DNA of 62,365 nucleotides from a virus. Lineage: Duplodnaviria > Caudoviricetes. The notes beneath the pieces were generated by a model that saw only the letters and a program-made list of their open reading frames with translations, had not been told where the DNA came from and made no database searches. Shown here in pieces: positions 17,701 to 27,113 of this stretch (positions are counted from its first letter, which is position 1; every line of letters begins with the position of its first letter). Location of the stretch: the IMG/VR virus record IMGVR_UViG_3300008624_000009, positions 1 through 62,365 of that record; one strand, given 5' to 3'. Both the position numbers and the translations under genes were made by a program.

Positions 17701-20407
17701 AGTAGAGTTGCGTGATTGTATTGATTTTAGACCTAGAAGATCAGATAGTGATTCTACTATAATTGAAAATATTGAATTACCTGTTCCTAATACTAATTGG
17801 GAAGCTGATTATAGTTATTATCTTCCTCGTACTGATACGGTATATTTGAGTAGGGAAAGAAAGTTTGGAAGTAATAAAGGTGTTGCTTCAATGACAGCAA
17901 TAACACCAACTAGATTAGATGGTACTATGAATCTCTATACACTTCATATTCCTGCTTATACGTTTAAAGGAAAAGATGTGAGAGCAGAATATATTGAGAA
18001 TAAAAGATATACAATGAGAGATATTGGTAAGATAGAAAAAAGACTTGCTAATGTAGAATATTATACTTCACTATCATTATTAGAAAAAGATGCAGAAGCA
18101 TTAATCATTAAAGATGCTGCTGGTTTAGATAGATTTAAAAATGGAATTTTAGTTGATGGATTTAATGGACATAGCATTGGTAATGTTCTAAGTCAAGATT
18201 ATCAATGTTCTATTGATTTTGATAATAAGATTTTACGACCAAGATTTAATTCTGATATTAGAGATGTTTTCTATGATGAAACTGCTTCAACTGGTGTAAG
18301 AAAAACAGGTGATTGTATTACATTACCTTATGATAATATACCATTTGTTAAACAGCCTATTGCAAGTAGATCAATTAATGTTAATCCGTTTGCAGTATTG
18401 GCTTGGGTTGGTACTGTTAGTTTAACTCCTCCGAGTGATAACTGGAATGATACTACAACAAATCCAGAAGTTGTCGTTAATCTTCAAGGTGAGAATGATG
18501 CATGGCAAAGTTTAGTAGGATTGTCATTTGGTACACAGTTTAATGATTGGCAGGTTTTTGGAACTGGTAGAGAAAGAGTCCTTGCTTCTCAAAGTGGCCG
18601 AAGGGGTAGAGCAATTACAGTTTCACAAACAGTAGAGCAAGAAGTATTACAAACAAGAACTGGTATTCGTAATGAAATTACGGGTTCTGATGCTGTAAGA
18701 AATAGCATTGGAGAAAGAACGGTTGATGTTTCTGTTATACCATTTATCCGAGAAAGAGATATTACTGTTAATGTAACAGGAATGAAACCAAACACAAGAG
18801 TATATGCTTTCTTTGATGGAGAGCCTGTTTCAGAATATTGTACTCCTAGTGGTGGTATATTGGGTGATGTTATTAATACAGATGATAAAGGTTCTATTAC
18901 TGGATTAACTTTTTCTATTCCTAATTCAGATACATTGAGATTTAGAACTGGTGAAAGACAATTCTTATTATGTGATAATACATCTGGTGATTTGGTTTCT
19001 GCTGGAACATATGGTGAAGTTGTTTATCAAGCACAGGGCTTGTTATCTACTAGAGAAAATGTTGTAGTATCTACTAGGGTTCCTCGTATTCAGCAATTTG
19101 CACAAGGTAGTGCTACTGAATTTCGTACTACTACAAATACATTTAATCGTGTTAATGTTGTTGGGTGGGTTGACCCACTTGCAGAAACATTTTTGGTTGA
19201 CCCTGCTTTATATCCAGATGGAGTATTTCTTACAGATGTTGATTTGTTTTTTAAATCAAAAGATACAGATGGATTACCAGTAACATTACAAATCAGAGAT
19301 ACACTAAATGGATTTCCTGCTCAAACGGTTGTACCGTTTTCGGATGTTAGCAAATTTCCAGAGGATGTTAATGTAAGTGAAGATGCTTCAGTTGCAACGA
19401 AGTTTACATTTCCATCATTAGTTTATTTACAGCCTGGTGAATATTCTATTGTTGTATTAAGTAATAGTTTGAAGTACGAAGCATGGATTGCAGAGATGGG
19501 TGAAAATCAAATTGGTACTGATAGGAAAATTTCTGACCAACCTTATGCTGGTGCATTTTTTAAATCACAGAATGCTTCAACATGGACACCTGAACAAAAT
19601 CAAGATTTAGCTTTTAATATAAATATTGCAGAATTTGCAACAAACAATTCAGCATTTGCAGTATTTAAAAATGGAAATTCAACAACAACAGTTAAAGCTG
19701 ATATTATTCAAATTGTTCCACAGGAAGTTAGGATTAATAAAACAAATATTGAGTGGGGTGTTAAGTTAAGAGATGTTGGTAGTGATTTACTTGATACAGA
19801 ATACCGACCTATTATTCAAAATACTAATTACTTTCTCGATCAACAGAAGCATATTACTTTAACACCGAATAGAACAGATTATGAAGCAAGAGCAGAACTT
19901 ACATCTAATAGTAGATTTATAAGTCCTATTATTGATACTGCAAGGAATAGTGTAATTACTATTGAGAATCTTATTAATAATACACAAGATGCTGACAATA
20001 TTGTATCTGGTGGTGATGCATTAGCAAGATACATTACAAGAAGGGTTACATTGAAAGATGGTTTTGATGCTACATCCTTGAAAGTATATTTAACTGCTAA
20101 TCGACCAGCAAATTCTAGGATTTTTGTTTATTATAAAGTGTTATCTCAGTTTGATGATAATTTGTTTGATGATAGGCCTTGGACATTGATGAATGAATCT
20201 TCTAATAGTAATAGTGTTTCTGCTTCTGTTGAAGAAAGTGATTATCTGGAACTTGAGTTTTTACCAGCTGCAGGAGATACAGATTATGAATCTGATTCAG
20301 TTACATATGATAGTTTTAAAACATTTGCAGTTAAGATTGTTATGATTTCTCCAACTACGACAACCGTACCGTTAATAAAAGATTTACAAGCTATTGCATT
20401 AGCATAA
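14795..20407 (+). CDS. Large baseplate/virion structural protein, DUF4815/VrlC-like, 1870 aa
   Basis: PYFDDFD, QARELT..Q, APGADRL, RRTFDESGSY, RYTMRDIG, RFKNGILVDGF, DPLAETF; typical post-gp8 position. Confidence 0.85.
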   Translation: MSNNITINTNQNPYFDDFDDDKNFHQVLYKPSLPVQARELTTQQSILRDQVKKFGDHIFRNGSKVTGGELVLNLDYEYVKLKPQYNGVDINVSGFTGKTIIGSQTGTRAIILGYSEKDAVTGDPDTVYVKYITGGSVTNSLQGISISNQGDGYTVAPTVQISGNGTGAEAEAIISSGKVIAINITNRGTGYTSVPTITLFGGNGNGAIAVASLETSPQFLAGERIYASDLTMSADIVDSTPTSIKSITVTKGGAGYTEAPVVTIANAPTDGTTATAAATISNGVVTAVTVITQGSGYTSLPAVTIANAPAGGVNATAESVLATAVGKGSSASISEGVFYLNGNFVKVGQQTLVLDKYFNDPTYRVGLSVTEKIVNSGDDATLLDNSQGSSNFAAPGADRLKLSLTLSKKTIDSTDDTDFYELLRVNKGVKEKNIQVPIYSTLEDTFARRTFDESGSYTVRSFNIQLKDDPEDNSKFIVRLDPGKAFIEGYEFETLVSQDIKLDKAREVMNVSGFDRLMQYGNYVVLKNLNGLFNIADHKVVDLHNVTHSNIDLNNYSNTKIGTARVRSIDFSSSTAGADRIFNLYVYDIKMSSSKFSAVESIVYTDDAAASTVTLDAKADIDNTGKAGAVVDGDTQVFETSDNSLVFKLPQHTIKTIRGLNNVIDTNYTVKKVFQAVSFTNGVATIATAGASETFVGTGQLSDSVKRENYLVVIKSSGTSGLAAGTLVRFDTSGTSIEVPGPQNTTAQFNANTSTNFTADIIATVNVSGKQERVKNLTKNSTLTFATPSTAATVANSLNKSDVWKIKGVFDSGALGSTPLLPTLTVDTTSDTLIPGEIITGQTSGAKGTVILGAGGTTDVTYVPVSGTFEASENITGEESGFTKEVSAVAEGDTNITSSYELDTGQRDNLYDYGSVKLKVGETAPTGQITVVFDFFTHTGSGYLSVDSYTAAIGFDNIPKYSSPVTGEEVELRDCIDFRPRRSDSDSTIIENIELPVPNTNWEADYSYYLPRTDTVYLSRERKFGSNKGVASMTAITPTRLDGTMNLYTLHIPAYTFKGKDVRAEYIENKRYTMRDIGKIEKRLANVEYYTSLSLLEKDAEALIIKDAAGLDRFKNGILVDGFNGHSIGNVLSQDYQCSIDFDNKILRPRFNSDIRDVFYDETASTGVRKTGDCITLPYDNIPFVKQPIASRSINVNPFAVLAWVGTVSLTPPSDNWNDTTTNPEVVVNLQGENDAWQSLVGLSFGTQFNDWQVFGTGRERVLASQSGRRGRAITVSQTVEQEVLQTRTGIRNEITGSDAVRNSIGERTVDVSVIPFIRERDITVNVTGMKPNTRVYAFFDGEPVSEYCTPSGGILGDVINTDDKGSITGLTFSIPNSDTLRFRTGERQFLLCDNTSGDLVSAGTYGEVVYQAQGLLSTRENVVVSTRVPRIQQFAQGSATEFRTTTNTFNRVNVVGWVDPLAETFLVDPALYPDGVFLTDVDLFFKSKDTDGLPVTLQIRDTLNGFPAQTVVPFSDVSKFPEDVNVSEDASVATKFTFPSLVYLQPGEYSIVVLSNSLKYEAWIAEMGENQIGTDRKISDQPYAGAFFKSQNASTWTPEQNQDLAFNINIAEFATNNSAFAVFKNGNSTTTVKADIIQIVPQEVRINKTNIEWGVKLRDVGSDLLDTEYRPIIQNTNYFLDQQKHITLTPNRTDYEARAELTSNSRFISPIIDTARNSVITIENLINNTQDADNIVSGGDALARYITRRVTLKDGFDATSLKVYLTANRPANSRIFVYYKVLSQFDDNLFDDRPWTLMNESSNSNSVSASVEESDYLELEFLPAAGDTDYESDSVTYDSFKTFAVKIVMISPTTTTVPLIKDLQAIALA

Positions 20408-20412
20408 TTGAT

Positions 20413-20619
20413 ATGAAAAATATAAAAATAAATGAAACACCATATGTTCGTGATGCAGAATCTAAAGCAATTCTCAATACAAATAAAACTGCATTACAGA
20501 GTTATAAGATTGCAAGACAAAGAAAAATAGATGAAATGAATGATATAAATAACATGAAAAAAGATATTGCTGAACTTAAAGAAATGATAAAGACTTTATT
20601 AGGAAAACAACATGGCTAA
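20413..20619 (+). CDS. Small coiled-coil hypothetical protein
   Basis: VRDAESKAILNT plus a C-terminal heptad; follows the DUF4815 gene. Confidence 0.8.
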   Translation: MKNIKINETPYVRDAESKAILNTNKTALQSYKIARQRKIDEMNDINNMKKDIAELKEMIKTLLGKQHG

Positions 20620-21736
20620 AATCGTACAAATAAGAAGAGGCACAACTGAGGAGCATAAAGGTTTCAGTAGTCAAGAAGGCGAGATAACTGTCGACCTTAC
20701 CGAAAATACAATTCGGGTACATGATGGTACTATATTTCCTCAAAGTCAAGCAACGGGTTATCCTCTTGCTAGAAGTGATATGGATAATGTTTTAAATACT
20801 GTTGGCATTACACAACTTAATGTTTCAGATGGTATATCAGGACAAGTATTAGCTACAGATGGTACTGGTGGATTATCTTTTGTTAGTTTATCAGATATTG
20901 ATGGTGCTACTCTTTCTGGTGATGTTGCTGGTGTGATAGGTAGTACATCAATTCAGACAAGTTCTGTTACAACATCTACTATTGCTGATGGAAATATTAC
21001 TAGAGAAAAATTAGAAGATAATATAATTAATAATGCTAAGTTAGAAGATGATGCTGTACAAACTGGTAGTATTCTTAATGCAAATGTAACAAGAATAAAA
21101 TTAGAAGCAGATATTATTGATAATACAAAACTGGATGATAATGCAGTACAAACAGAAAATATTGTTGATTCACATATCGTAACTAATAAGATTGCTGATT
21201 TAAATGTAACAAGACCTAAAATTGATAATGATGCTATTGATAATTCTAAGTTAGCTGACAATGCAGTACAAACAGAAAATATTGTTGATGGTGCTATTAC
21301 TTCTGATAAAATTGATACGATAGATGCTAATAAAGTTACTGGTTCTTTTAATTCTATTGATGCTACTAATCTAACTGGACTTATCTATGATATATCTTTT
21401 CTTGCGGGTTGGGATGCAGAGACACTACCTACGGAATTAGTAGTGCAGGCATATGGTGAAATGGTTATGGCTAGAACAGGAGTATTTGATGGAGAGGTAG
21501 GAGTAATGGAAAATGCAGCTGTTGGTGCTGCTGTTATATGTGATGTCGAATTAAATGGTAATACTATTTATTCTTCTAAACCAACATTTGCTGATGGTTC
21601 GACATCTATGACAGATGGTGTATTAAATACTGCTGGTTTTTCTTCTGGTGATAAATTAACTTTTAGAGTTACACAAATTGGTTCTGATCCAACTTTCGGA
21701 AAAGGATTACGATTTATGTTGAAGTGTAGAGTATAA
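20612..21736 (+). CDS. Fibre protein with Mtd-N-like N-terminus and 10-aa shaft repeats
   Basis: VQIRRGTT..H..F...EGEITVD...RVHDG; V..xKI.D repeats; C-domain shared with the next gene. Confidence 0.75.
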   Translation: MAKIVQIRRGTTEEHKGFSSQEGEITVDLTENTIRVHDGTIFPQSQATGYPLARSDMDNVLNTVGITQLNVSDGISGQVLATDGTGGLSFVSLSDIDGATLSGDVAGVIGSTSIQTSSVTTSTIADGNITREKLEDNIINNAKLEDDAVQTGSILNANVTRIKLEADIIDNTKLDDNAVQTENIVDSHIVTNKIADLNVTRPKIDNDAIDNSKLADNAVQTENIVDGAITSDKIDTIDANKVTGSFNSIDATNLTGLIYDISFLAGWDAETLPTELVVQAYGEMVMARTGVFDGEVGVMENAAVGAAVICDVELNGNTIYSSKPTFADGSTSMTDGVLNTAGFSSGDKLTFRVTQIGSDPTFGKGLRFMLKCRV

Positions 21737-21753
21737 AAGAATAGGAAAATAAT

Positions 21754-22794
21754 ATGGCTAAACGAGTACAATTAAGACGAGGCACTACTGCTGAACATAC
21801 TTCCTTTATTGGTGCTGATGGTGAAATATCCATTGATGGTGATAAGGATGTAGTTGTCGTACATGACGGAAGCACGGCTGGTGGTTTTCCTTTAGCAAGA
21901 CAGGATATGAGTAATGTTGATAGCATGATTGGACTTGCTCAATTAGATATAACAAATACAGGTACGCCAGGACAAGTTCTACAAAAAGATAATGGTGAAA
22001 CATTAACATTTGTTAGTTTACCAGATACTGCTGTTTCTGCAATAGGTGGTGATTTATCGGGTACTATTGGAAATGCACAGATAAATCCTAATACGATTGG
22101 GATTAATGAATTAAATGTTACAGATTCTTCAGCAGGACATCTTCTTGCTACAAATGGTATGGGTGGATTGTCTTTTAATCCTCCAGATCAACTTACAGTT
22201 GGTGGTGAAGTTACTGGTTTTCTTGGAAGTATATCTATAAATGATAATGTAATTGATAACGCAAATTTAACAGTTAATTCTGTTGGAATGGATAATATTA
22301 TTAATGGTAGTGTTAATAATGATAAGATTACAGATAGTACAATAACAGATCAAAAAATTATAGGACTTAGTGCTGATAAACTTATAGCAGGTGGTACGTT
22401 ACCAGCACTTAAAGGGCCACAAATTACAGAACTTCCATATGATATATCTTTTCTAGCTGGTTTTGATGGAGAAACCGCACCAGCTGATCTTGCAGTACAA
22501 ATTTATGGTGAAATGGTAATGGCAAGAGATGGTACGTTTGATGGAGAAACTGGTTATATATCTACAACTGGTGAAACACAACCAGTATTAGTTGATGTAG
22601 AAAAAAATGGTACATCTATTTATTCAACTCAACCGTTCTTTGGTAATGGTACAGGTGAACAAGTTATGTCAGTTGGTGTTATGGGAAATGATAATACATT
22701 TGTTGCTGGAGATAGAATAACATTTAAAGTAACACAAACAGGTATTGGTACATTAGGACAAGGATTAAGATTTACTTTAAGATGTCGAGTTTAA
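21754..22794 (+). CDS. Fibre protein, paralog of 20612..21736
   Basis: Same N-terminus; shared C-domain YDISFLAG...YGEMVMAR...GLRF.L.CRV. Confidence 0.75.
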   Translation: MAKRVQLRRGTTAEHTSFIGADGEISIDGDKDVVVVHDGSTAGGFPLARQDMSNVDSMIGLAQLDITNTGTPGQVLQKDNGETLTFVSLPDTAVSAIGGDLSGTIGNAQINPNTIGINELNVTDSSAGHLLATNGMGGLSFNPPDQLTVGGEVTGFLGSISINDNVIDNANLTVNSVGMDNIINGSVNNDKITDSTITDQKIIGLSADKLIAGGTLPALKGPQITELPYDISFLAGFDGETAPADLAVQIYGEMVMARDGTFDGETGYISTTGETQPVLVDVEKNGTSIYSTQPFFGNGTGEQVMSVGVMGNDNTFVAGDRITFKVTQTGIGTLGQGLRFTLRCRV

Positions 22795-22817
22795 ATTAAT
22801 AATATAGGAAATGAATT

Positions 22818-23726
22818 ATGGCATTTATTAATCAAGGTAGACACGTTGGTACAGTTGGATTACAAGAAGCAGAAACATTAGGTGGTGAAGAAACATATAG
22901 AACTGAATCAGGTGTTGATTACAAAATTCATACTTTTGCTACATCAGGAACATTTGAAGTTGTTGGTACAAAACCAGTAACAATGGATATTCTTTCTATT
23001 GCCGGTGGTGGTAGTGGCGGCGGTGCTGGTGGTGGAGCGGGAGGAATGGTTGTTGAACAAGTTGCTCTTGCTGCAGGAATATATGATATAACCGTAGGTG
23101 CTGGTGGTTCAATCAGTACTCCGAGTGCTCCTCAAACAAGAGGTGAAGATACTCTTTTTAGATTTCAAGGTGATGGTACAACTAATGTTGGAGTAACAGA
23201 TGCTCTTGGTGGTGGTGCAGGATCTCAGCCTGGGCCAAGTGGGAATGGTTCGGGTGGTTCTGGTGCTGGTTATGGTGGAGCAGGTACACCCGGCCAAGGA
23301 AATAATGGTGGTAGTCCTGGCGGTGCTTGTTCTGGTACTAATATGAGAGCTCCAGGCGGTGGTGGTGGAGCTGGAGGCCCGGGCGGTAATGCTGGCGGAA
23401 TTGGTGGTTGTGGGCCTTGTGGTGGATGTAAAGGAGGCGGGCCTGGTGGTGCTGGTGGTTCAGGTTTATCAAATCCTTATAGGACAGGATCTTCAGTTTT
23501 TTATGCTGGTGGTGGAGCTGGTAGTGGAATCAATCTTAATCCAGATGCACCAGATGGTACTGCTGTATCGGGACATGGCGGTGGAGATAGAAATAACGGA
23601 TTGAATGGTGAAACAAATAAAGGTGGTGGCGGTGGTTCAACTGGATATTTTGCGCCATATAGTGGAGCTGGTGGTAGTGGTATTGTTGTTATCAGAGCAC
23701 CATTTCCAGCAAAAGATGGAATATAG
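22818..23726 (+). CDS. Glycine-rich virion/fibre protein
   Basis: YKIHTF.TSGTF, GGGG runs, GGSGIVVIR C-terminus. Confidence 0.75.
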   Translation: MAFINQGRHVGTVGLQEAETLGGEETYRTESGVDYKIHTFATSGTFEVVGTKPVTMDILSIAGGGSGGGAGGGAGGMVVEQVALAAGIYDITVGAGGSISTPSAPQTRGEDTLFRFQGDGTTNVGVTDALGGGAGSQPGPSGNGSGGSGAGYGGAGTPGQGNNGGSPGGACSGTNMRAPGGGGGAGGPGGNAGGIGGCGPCGGCKGGGPGGAGGSGLSNPYRTGSSVFYAGGGAGSGINLNPDAPDGTAVSGHGGGDRNNGLNGETNKGGGGGSTGYFAPYSGAGGSGIVVIRAPFPAKDGI

Positions 23727-23740
23727 ACGGAGATTATTTT

Positions 23741-24226
23741 ATGGCACATTTTGCAAAAGTTGTAGGTGATAAAGTAGTTAGAGTTATTGTCGCTGAACAA
23801 AATTTTATAGACAATTATAATGATGGATTAAATGATGGTGGCGTATGGATACAAACATCTTATAATACTCTTGGTGGTAAACACTACGACCCAGTAACTA
23901 GATTAGAAGATGATAAGCCACCATTAAGAAAAAATTTTGCTGGAATAGGGGATACTTATGATAAAGAAAATGATGCATTTATTCCCGTAAAACCATATGA
24001 TAGTTTTGTATTAAATACAGAAACTTTTAGATGGGAGCCACCAGTACCATATCCAGAAGGATATGAAGGGGGCCCTAGAAGGTTCATATGGGATGAAGAA
24101 TATTATCAAGAACATGGAAAATGGAGAGATTTATGGGAAAACGAATTTGCATACTGGAATCCAGATAGTAGATATTATGATCCAACTGTACCTAAAGATT
24201 ATCCAGATGTGCCATGGATGTGGTGA
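23741..24226 (+). CDS. Hypothetical protein (MAHFAK family), likely partner of the Gly-rich protein
   Basis: MAHFAKV...WIQTSYN...RKNFAGIG..YD...DAFI...W.PP.PYP. Confidence 0.75.
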   Translation: MAHFAKVVGDKVVRVIVAEQNFIDNYNDGLNDGGVWIQTSYNTLGGKHYDPVTRLEDDKPPLRKNFAGIGDTYDKENDAFIPVKPYDSFVLNTETFRWEPPVPYPEGYEGGPRRFIWDEEYYQEHGKWRDLWENEFAYWNPDSRYYDPTVPKDYPDVPWMW

Positions 24227-24235
24227 TTTTAATAT

Positions 24236-24243
24236 TATAAATA
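24236..24243 (+). promoter_or_regulatory. T4-type late promoter
   Basis: Intergenic TATAAATA. Confidence 0.7.
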
Positions 24244-24369
24244 TAAAGAAATATGGTTAATCCTTGTAAAAATAAAAAAAATAGTTTTAATTTATGATTT
24301 TTTGGGTGAAAATAGTTTTGTAATACTAATAACCATCTGTTAAAAACAACTTATTAAAGGAAGATAAAA

Positions 24370-24696
24370 ATGGCTAATGATTTTAAAGGCGTTCAAGCAG
24401 TAGGCGTAACTTCAGCAACAACGGTTTATACAGCTCCTGCTAATAAAGATAGTATTATTCTTGAGTTAGATGTTTCCAATACAACAACAAGTGCAGCTTC
24501 AGCTTCAGTAGAAGTATTAGATAGTTCTGCTGGTACAGATGCTTTTATTGTTAAAGAAGCTCCTATTCCTGTTGGTGGTGCATTACAGGTAGTTTCTGGT
24601 CAAAAAGTTATCCTTGAAACGGGCGACAGTATTCGTGTAACAGCTTCGGGTGCGTGTGATGTTATCTGTTCAATCTTAGAAGATGTTAATTCATAA
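24370..24696 (+). CDS. Small beta-rich structural protein, 108 aa
   Basis: MANDFK...TVYTAP...KVILETGDSI..SILE; AAGGA RBS. Confidence 0.75.
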   Translation: MANDFKGVQAVGVTSATTVYTAPANKDSIILELDVSNTTTSAASASVEVLDSSAGTDAFIVKEAPIPVGGALQVVSGQKVILETGDSIRVTASGACDVICSILEDVNS

Positions 24697-24736
24697 TTCT
24701 AAATTAACGGATAATAAATTTTTTAATTAATAATAT

Positions 24737-25235
24737 AAAGGATAATTAAATGGCTTATATAGGACGCGACGTACAGTATGGTACGTTAGAAAAACAGGAC
24801 TTGGTAGCAGATGGTTCGCAAACCGTCTTTACATTGAACTATGGAGTCGCGACTGCTGCAAGTTTATTGGTCTCCGTAGGTGGTGTTATCCAAGAACCTG
24901 ATACTGCTTATACTGTTAGTGGAACACAATTAACATTTACAGCTGCACCTGATGCAAATGATAATATTTATGTAGTTTTCTTGGGAAAAGAATTGATGGA
25001 TATGACAAAAAAAGAAATCTATTTCCAAACAGCTACAGGTGATGGTTCCAATGTCAATCCTATTACTTTAACCAATTCAGCTGAAAATGCTCATGAATTA
25101 ATGGTTATGCTCAATGGCGTAACACAAGTTCCAGAAACAGATTATACTGTTGATGGTACAACATTGACATTTACAACTGCACCAGCAAATGGTGTAAATA
25201 TTCTTGTTTATCACTTAGGATATTCAGTTGCATTA
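24737..25235 (+). repeat. Direct repeat of ~500 bp, copy 1 (copy 2 at 26222-26720)
   Basis: RBS and the first ~162 codons are highly similar at a constant offset of 1485. Confidence 0.9.
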
Positions 25236-25832
25236 TCTCCTGCTTCTCAATTACCAGCAGCTGGTACAACTGGAAATGTATTAACAAGTGATGGTACGAA
25301 TTGGTCTAGTCAAGCAGTTCCTGCTGGTGGTGTTGATGGAATTACAACAAGTGCGGCAGGTACAGCAATTACACTTAATGCAGATAATTCTGTTAATATG
25401 GGTAATCAACCATATTTTTTAGCAACAATGTCAGCTCATATGGAAACAGGTGATATTGCAGAAAATCAATATGTACCAATTAAGTATGATACAATAACAG
25501 ATTCTCAGGGTTCTGGTTATAATACAACAAATTATACTTATACTGTTCCTGTAACTGGTAAATATTTATTTAGTGGTTGTATTGAATGGGATATTTATGC
25601 AAATACACAACACGCTCATGCATGGTTATATACATCTAATCGTAATTATACAGTTTCTAGGTTAGAACCAATACACGCAAATATGCATAGATGGGTTCAT
25701 GGATGGGGAATAACCGTAGATATGGATGCTGGTGATACCGCTACTATGAAAATTTATTGTAATAATTGTGCTAATGCTTATAGATGGTTGTATAATACCT
25801 ATAACTTTTGGTCGGGAATATTAGTGGCATAA
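24750..25832 (+). CDS. Fibre protein with two GDGS modules and a C-terminal C1q/TNF-like domain
   Basis: MAYIG start; YTVPVTGKYLFS and VDMDAGDTA are C1q-like. Confidence 0.7.
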   Translation: MAYIGRDVQYGTLEKQDLVADGSQTVFTLNYGVATAASLLVSVGGVIQEPDTAYTVSGTQLTFTAAPDANDNIYVVFLGKELMDMTKKEIYFQTATGDGSNVNPITLTNSAENAHELMVMLNGVTQVPETDYTVDGTTLTFTTAPANGVNILVYHLGYSVALSPASQLPAAGTTGNVLTSDGTNWSSQAVPAGGVDGITTSAAGTAITLNADNSVNMGNQPYFLATMSAHMETGDIAENQYVPIKYDTITDSQGSGYNTTNYTYTVPVTGKYLFSGCIEWDIYANTQHAHAWLYTSNRNYTVSRLEPIHANMHRWVHGWGITVDMDAGDTATMKIYCNNCANAYRWLYNTYNFWSGILVA

Positions 25833-25856
25833 CAACATAATAAGGAGAAAAATAGA

Positions 25857-26207
25857 ATGACACTTACAGATAGACAAGTAGCAGTTTTGAATCATGTTGT
25901 TATAGATGCTCAATCGTGGGCTGACTCTGCTACTGAAAAACAAATGTTAGACAAAGTTGCAAGATGGAGTTCTAATTATGATGCAGCAGTTTCTGCTGGT
26001 AATTATAAAACCAGAGCAGAAAGAGATACTGCTGTAGAACAAGAGGAACAAGCAATTATGGATAACAGACCATATAATGTAAAAAGGGCTGATGAGTATC
26101 CTGATTTTAGGGACTACCTAGATGCAATCGTAAAAGGTGATGATACTCAAAAACAAAAATATATTGATGATTGTTTAGCAGTTAAAGCTAAATATCCAAA
26201 AAATTAA
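25857..26207 (+). CDS. Hypothetical protein, possible fibre assembly chaperone
   Basis: Y..KR..EYP....LD...VKAKYPK tail, also seen in 32447..32737. Confidence 0.6.
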   Translation: MTLTDRQVAVLNHVVIDAQSWADSATEKQMLDKVARWSSNYDAAVSAGNYKTRAERDTAVEQEEQAIMDNRPYNVKRADEYPDFRDYLDAIVKGDDTQKQKYIDDCLAVKAKYPKN

Positions 26208-26234
26208 TATCATATACTAACAAAGGATAATTAA

Positions 26235-27056
26235 ATGGCTTATATAGGACGCGACGTACAATACGGTACGTTAGAAAAACAGGACATAGTAGGTGATGGT
26301 TCACAAACTGTCTTTACATTGAACTATGGAGTCGCTACCGCAGCAAGTTTGATAGTCTCTGTTGGTGGTGTAATTCAGGAGCCGGATACTGCTTATACTG
26401 TTAGTGGTTCACAATTAACATTTACAGCTGCTCCTGGCGCAAGTGATAATGTTTATGTAGTTTTCTTGGGAAAAGAATTGATGGATATGGCAAAAAAAGA
26501 ACTCAGTTACCAAACAGCTACAGGTGATGGTTCTAATGTTAATCCTATTACTTTGTCAAATTCAGCTGAAAATGCTCATGAATTAATGGTTATGCTTAAT
26601 GGTGTAACGCAGGTTCCAGTAACCGACTATACTGTTGATGGTACAACATTGACATTTACAACTGCACCAGCAAATGGTGTAAATATTCTTGTTTATCATT
26701 TAGGTTATGCAGTTGCATTAGGTGGAAATCTTGGTGGAACAATGACAGCTCATATTATTCCTGATACTCATGCAGTATATGATTTAGGAACTGCTGAGAA
26801 AAAAATTCGTCATTTGTTTCTTTCTGATAATTCAATTTATATGGGTGAGAGTGGTGCAACTATTAAAGCAGAAGGTACTGCAATCGTTGTTCAAGATTTG
26901 AAAACAGGGGATTTACATTTAGATAATACTCATCGCAACGGTAATAGTGTAGATGGTACGAAAGGTTCTTGGACATTTGAAGAAGGAGCAGATGATTTAT
27001 TTCTGTTAAATAATGTAACAGGAAAAAAATATAAGTTTAATTTGACAGAAATTTAA
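26235..27056 (+). CDS. Fibre protein sharing its N-terminus with 24750..25832, different C-domain
   Basis: C-domain YDLG.AEKK...TGDLHL.N...VDGT.GSW..EEG.DDLFL.N..TGKKYKF. Confidence 0.75.
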   Translation: MAYIGRDVQYGTLEKQDIVGDGSQTVFTLNYGVATAASLIVSVGGVIQEPDTAYTVSGSQLTFTAAPGASDNVYVVFLGKELMDMAKKELSYQTATGDGSNVNPITLSNSAENAHELMVMLNGVTQVPVTDYTVDGTTLTFTTAPANGVNILVYHLGYAVALGGNLGGTMTAHIIPDTHAVYDLGTAEKKIRHLFLSDNSIYMGESGATIKAEGTAIVVQDLKTGDLHLDNTHRNGNSVDGTKGSWTFEEGADDLFLLNNVTGKKYKFNLTEI

Positions 27057-27064
27057 TAATATAT

Positions 27065-27099
27065 GAGTACTAGAAGATATCTTCTAGTACTCTTTTTTT
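27065..27099 (+). terminator. Rho-independent terminator
   Basis: Perfect 28-bp palindrome GAGTACTAGAAGATATCTTCTAGTACTC followed by T7. Confidence 0.85.
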
Positions 27100-27113
27100 A
27101 AGGTTAAATTATA

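Noticed and set aside
24244-24369. AT-rich intergenic gap as a possible ncRNA or tRNA
   Set aside because: No cloverleaf or convincing stem; it fits a late-promoter leader. I saw no tRNA in the window.
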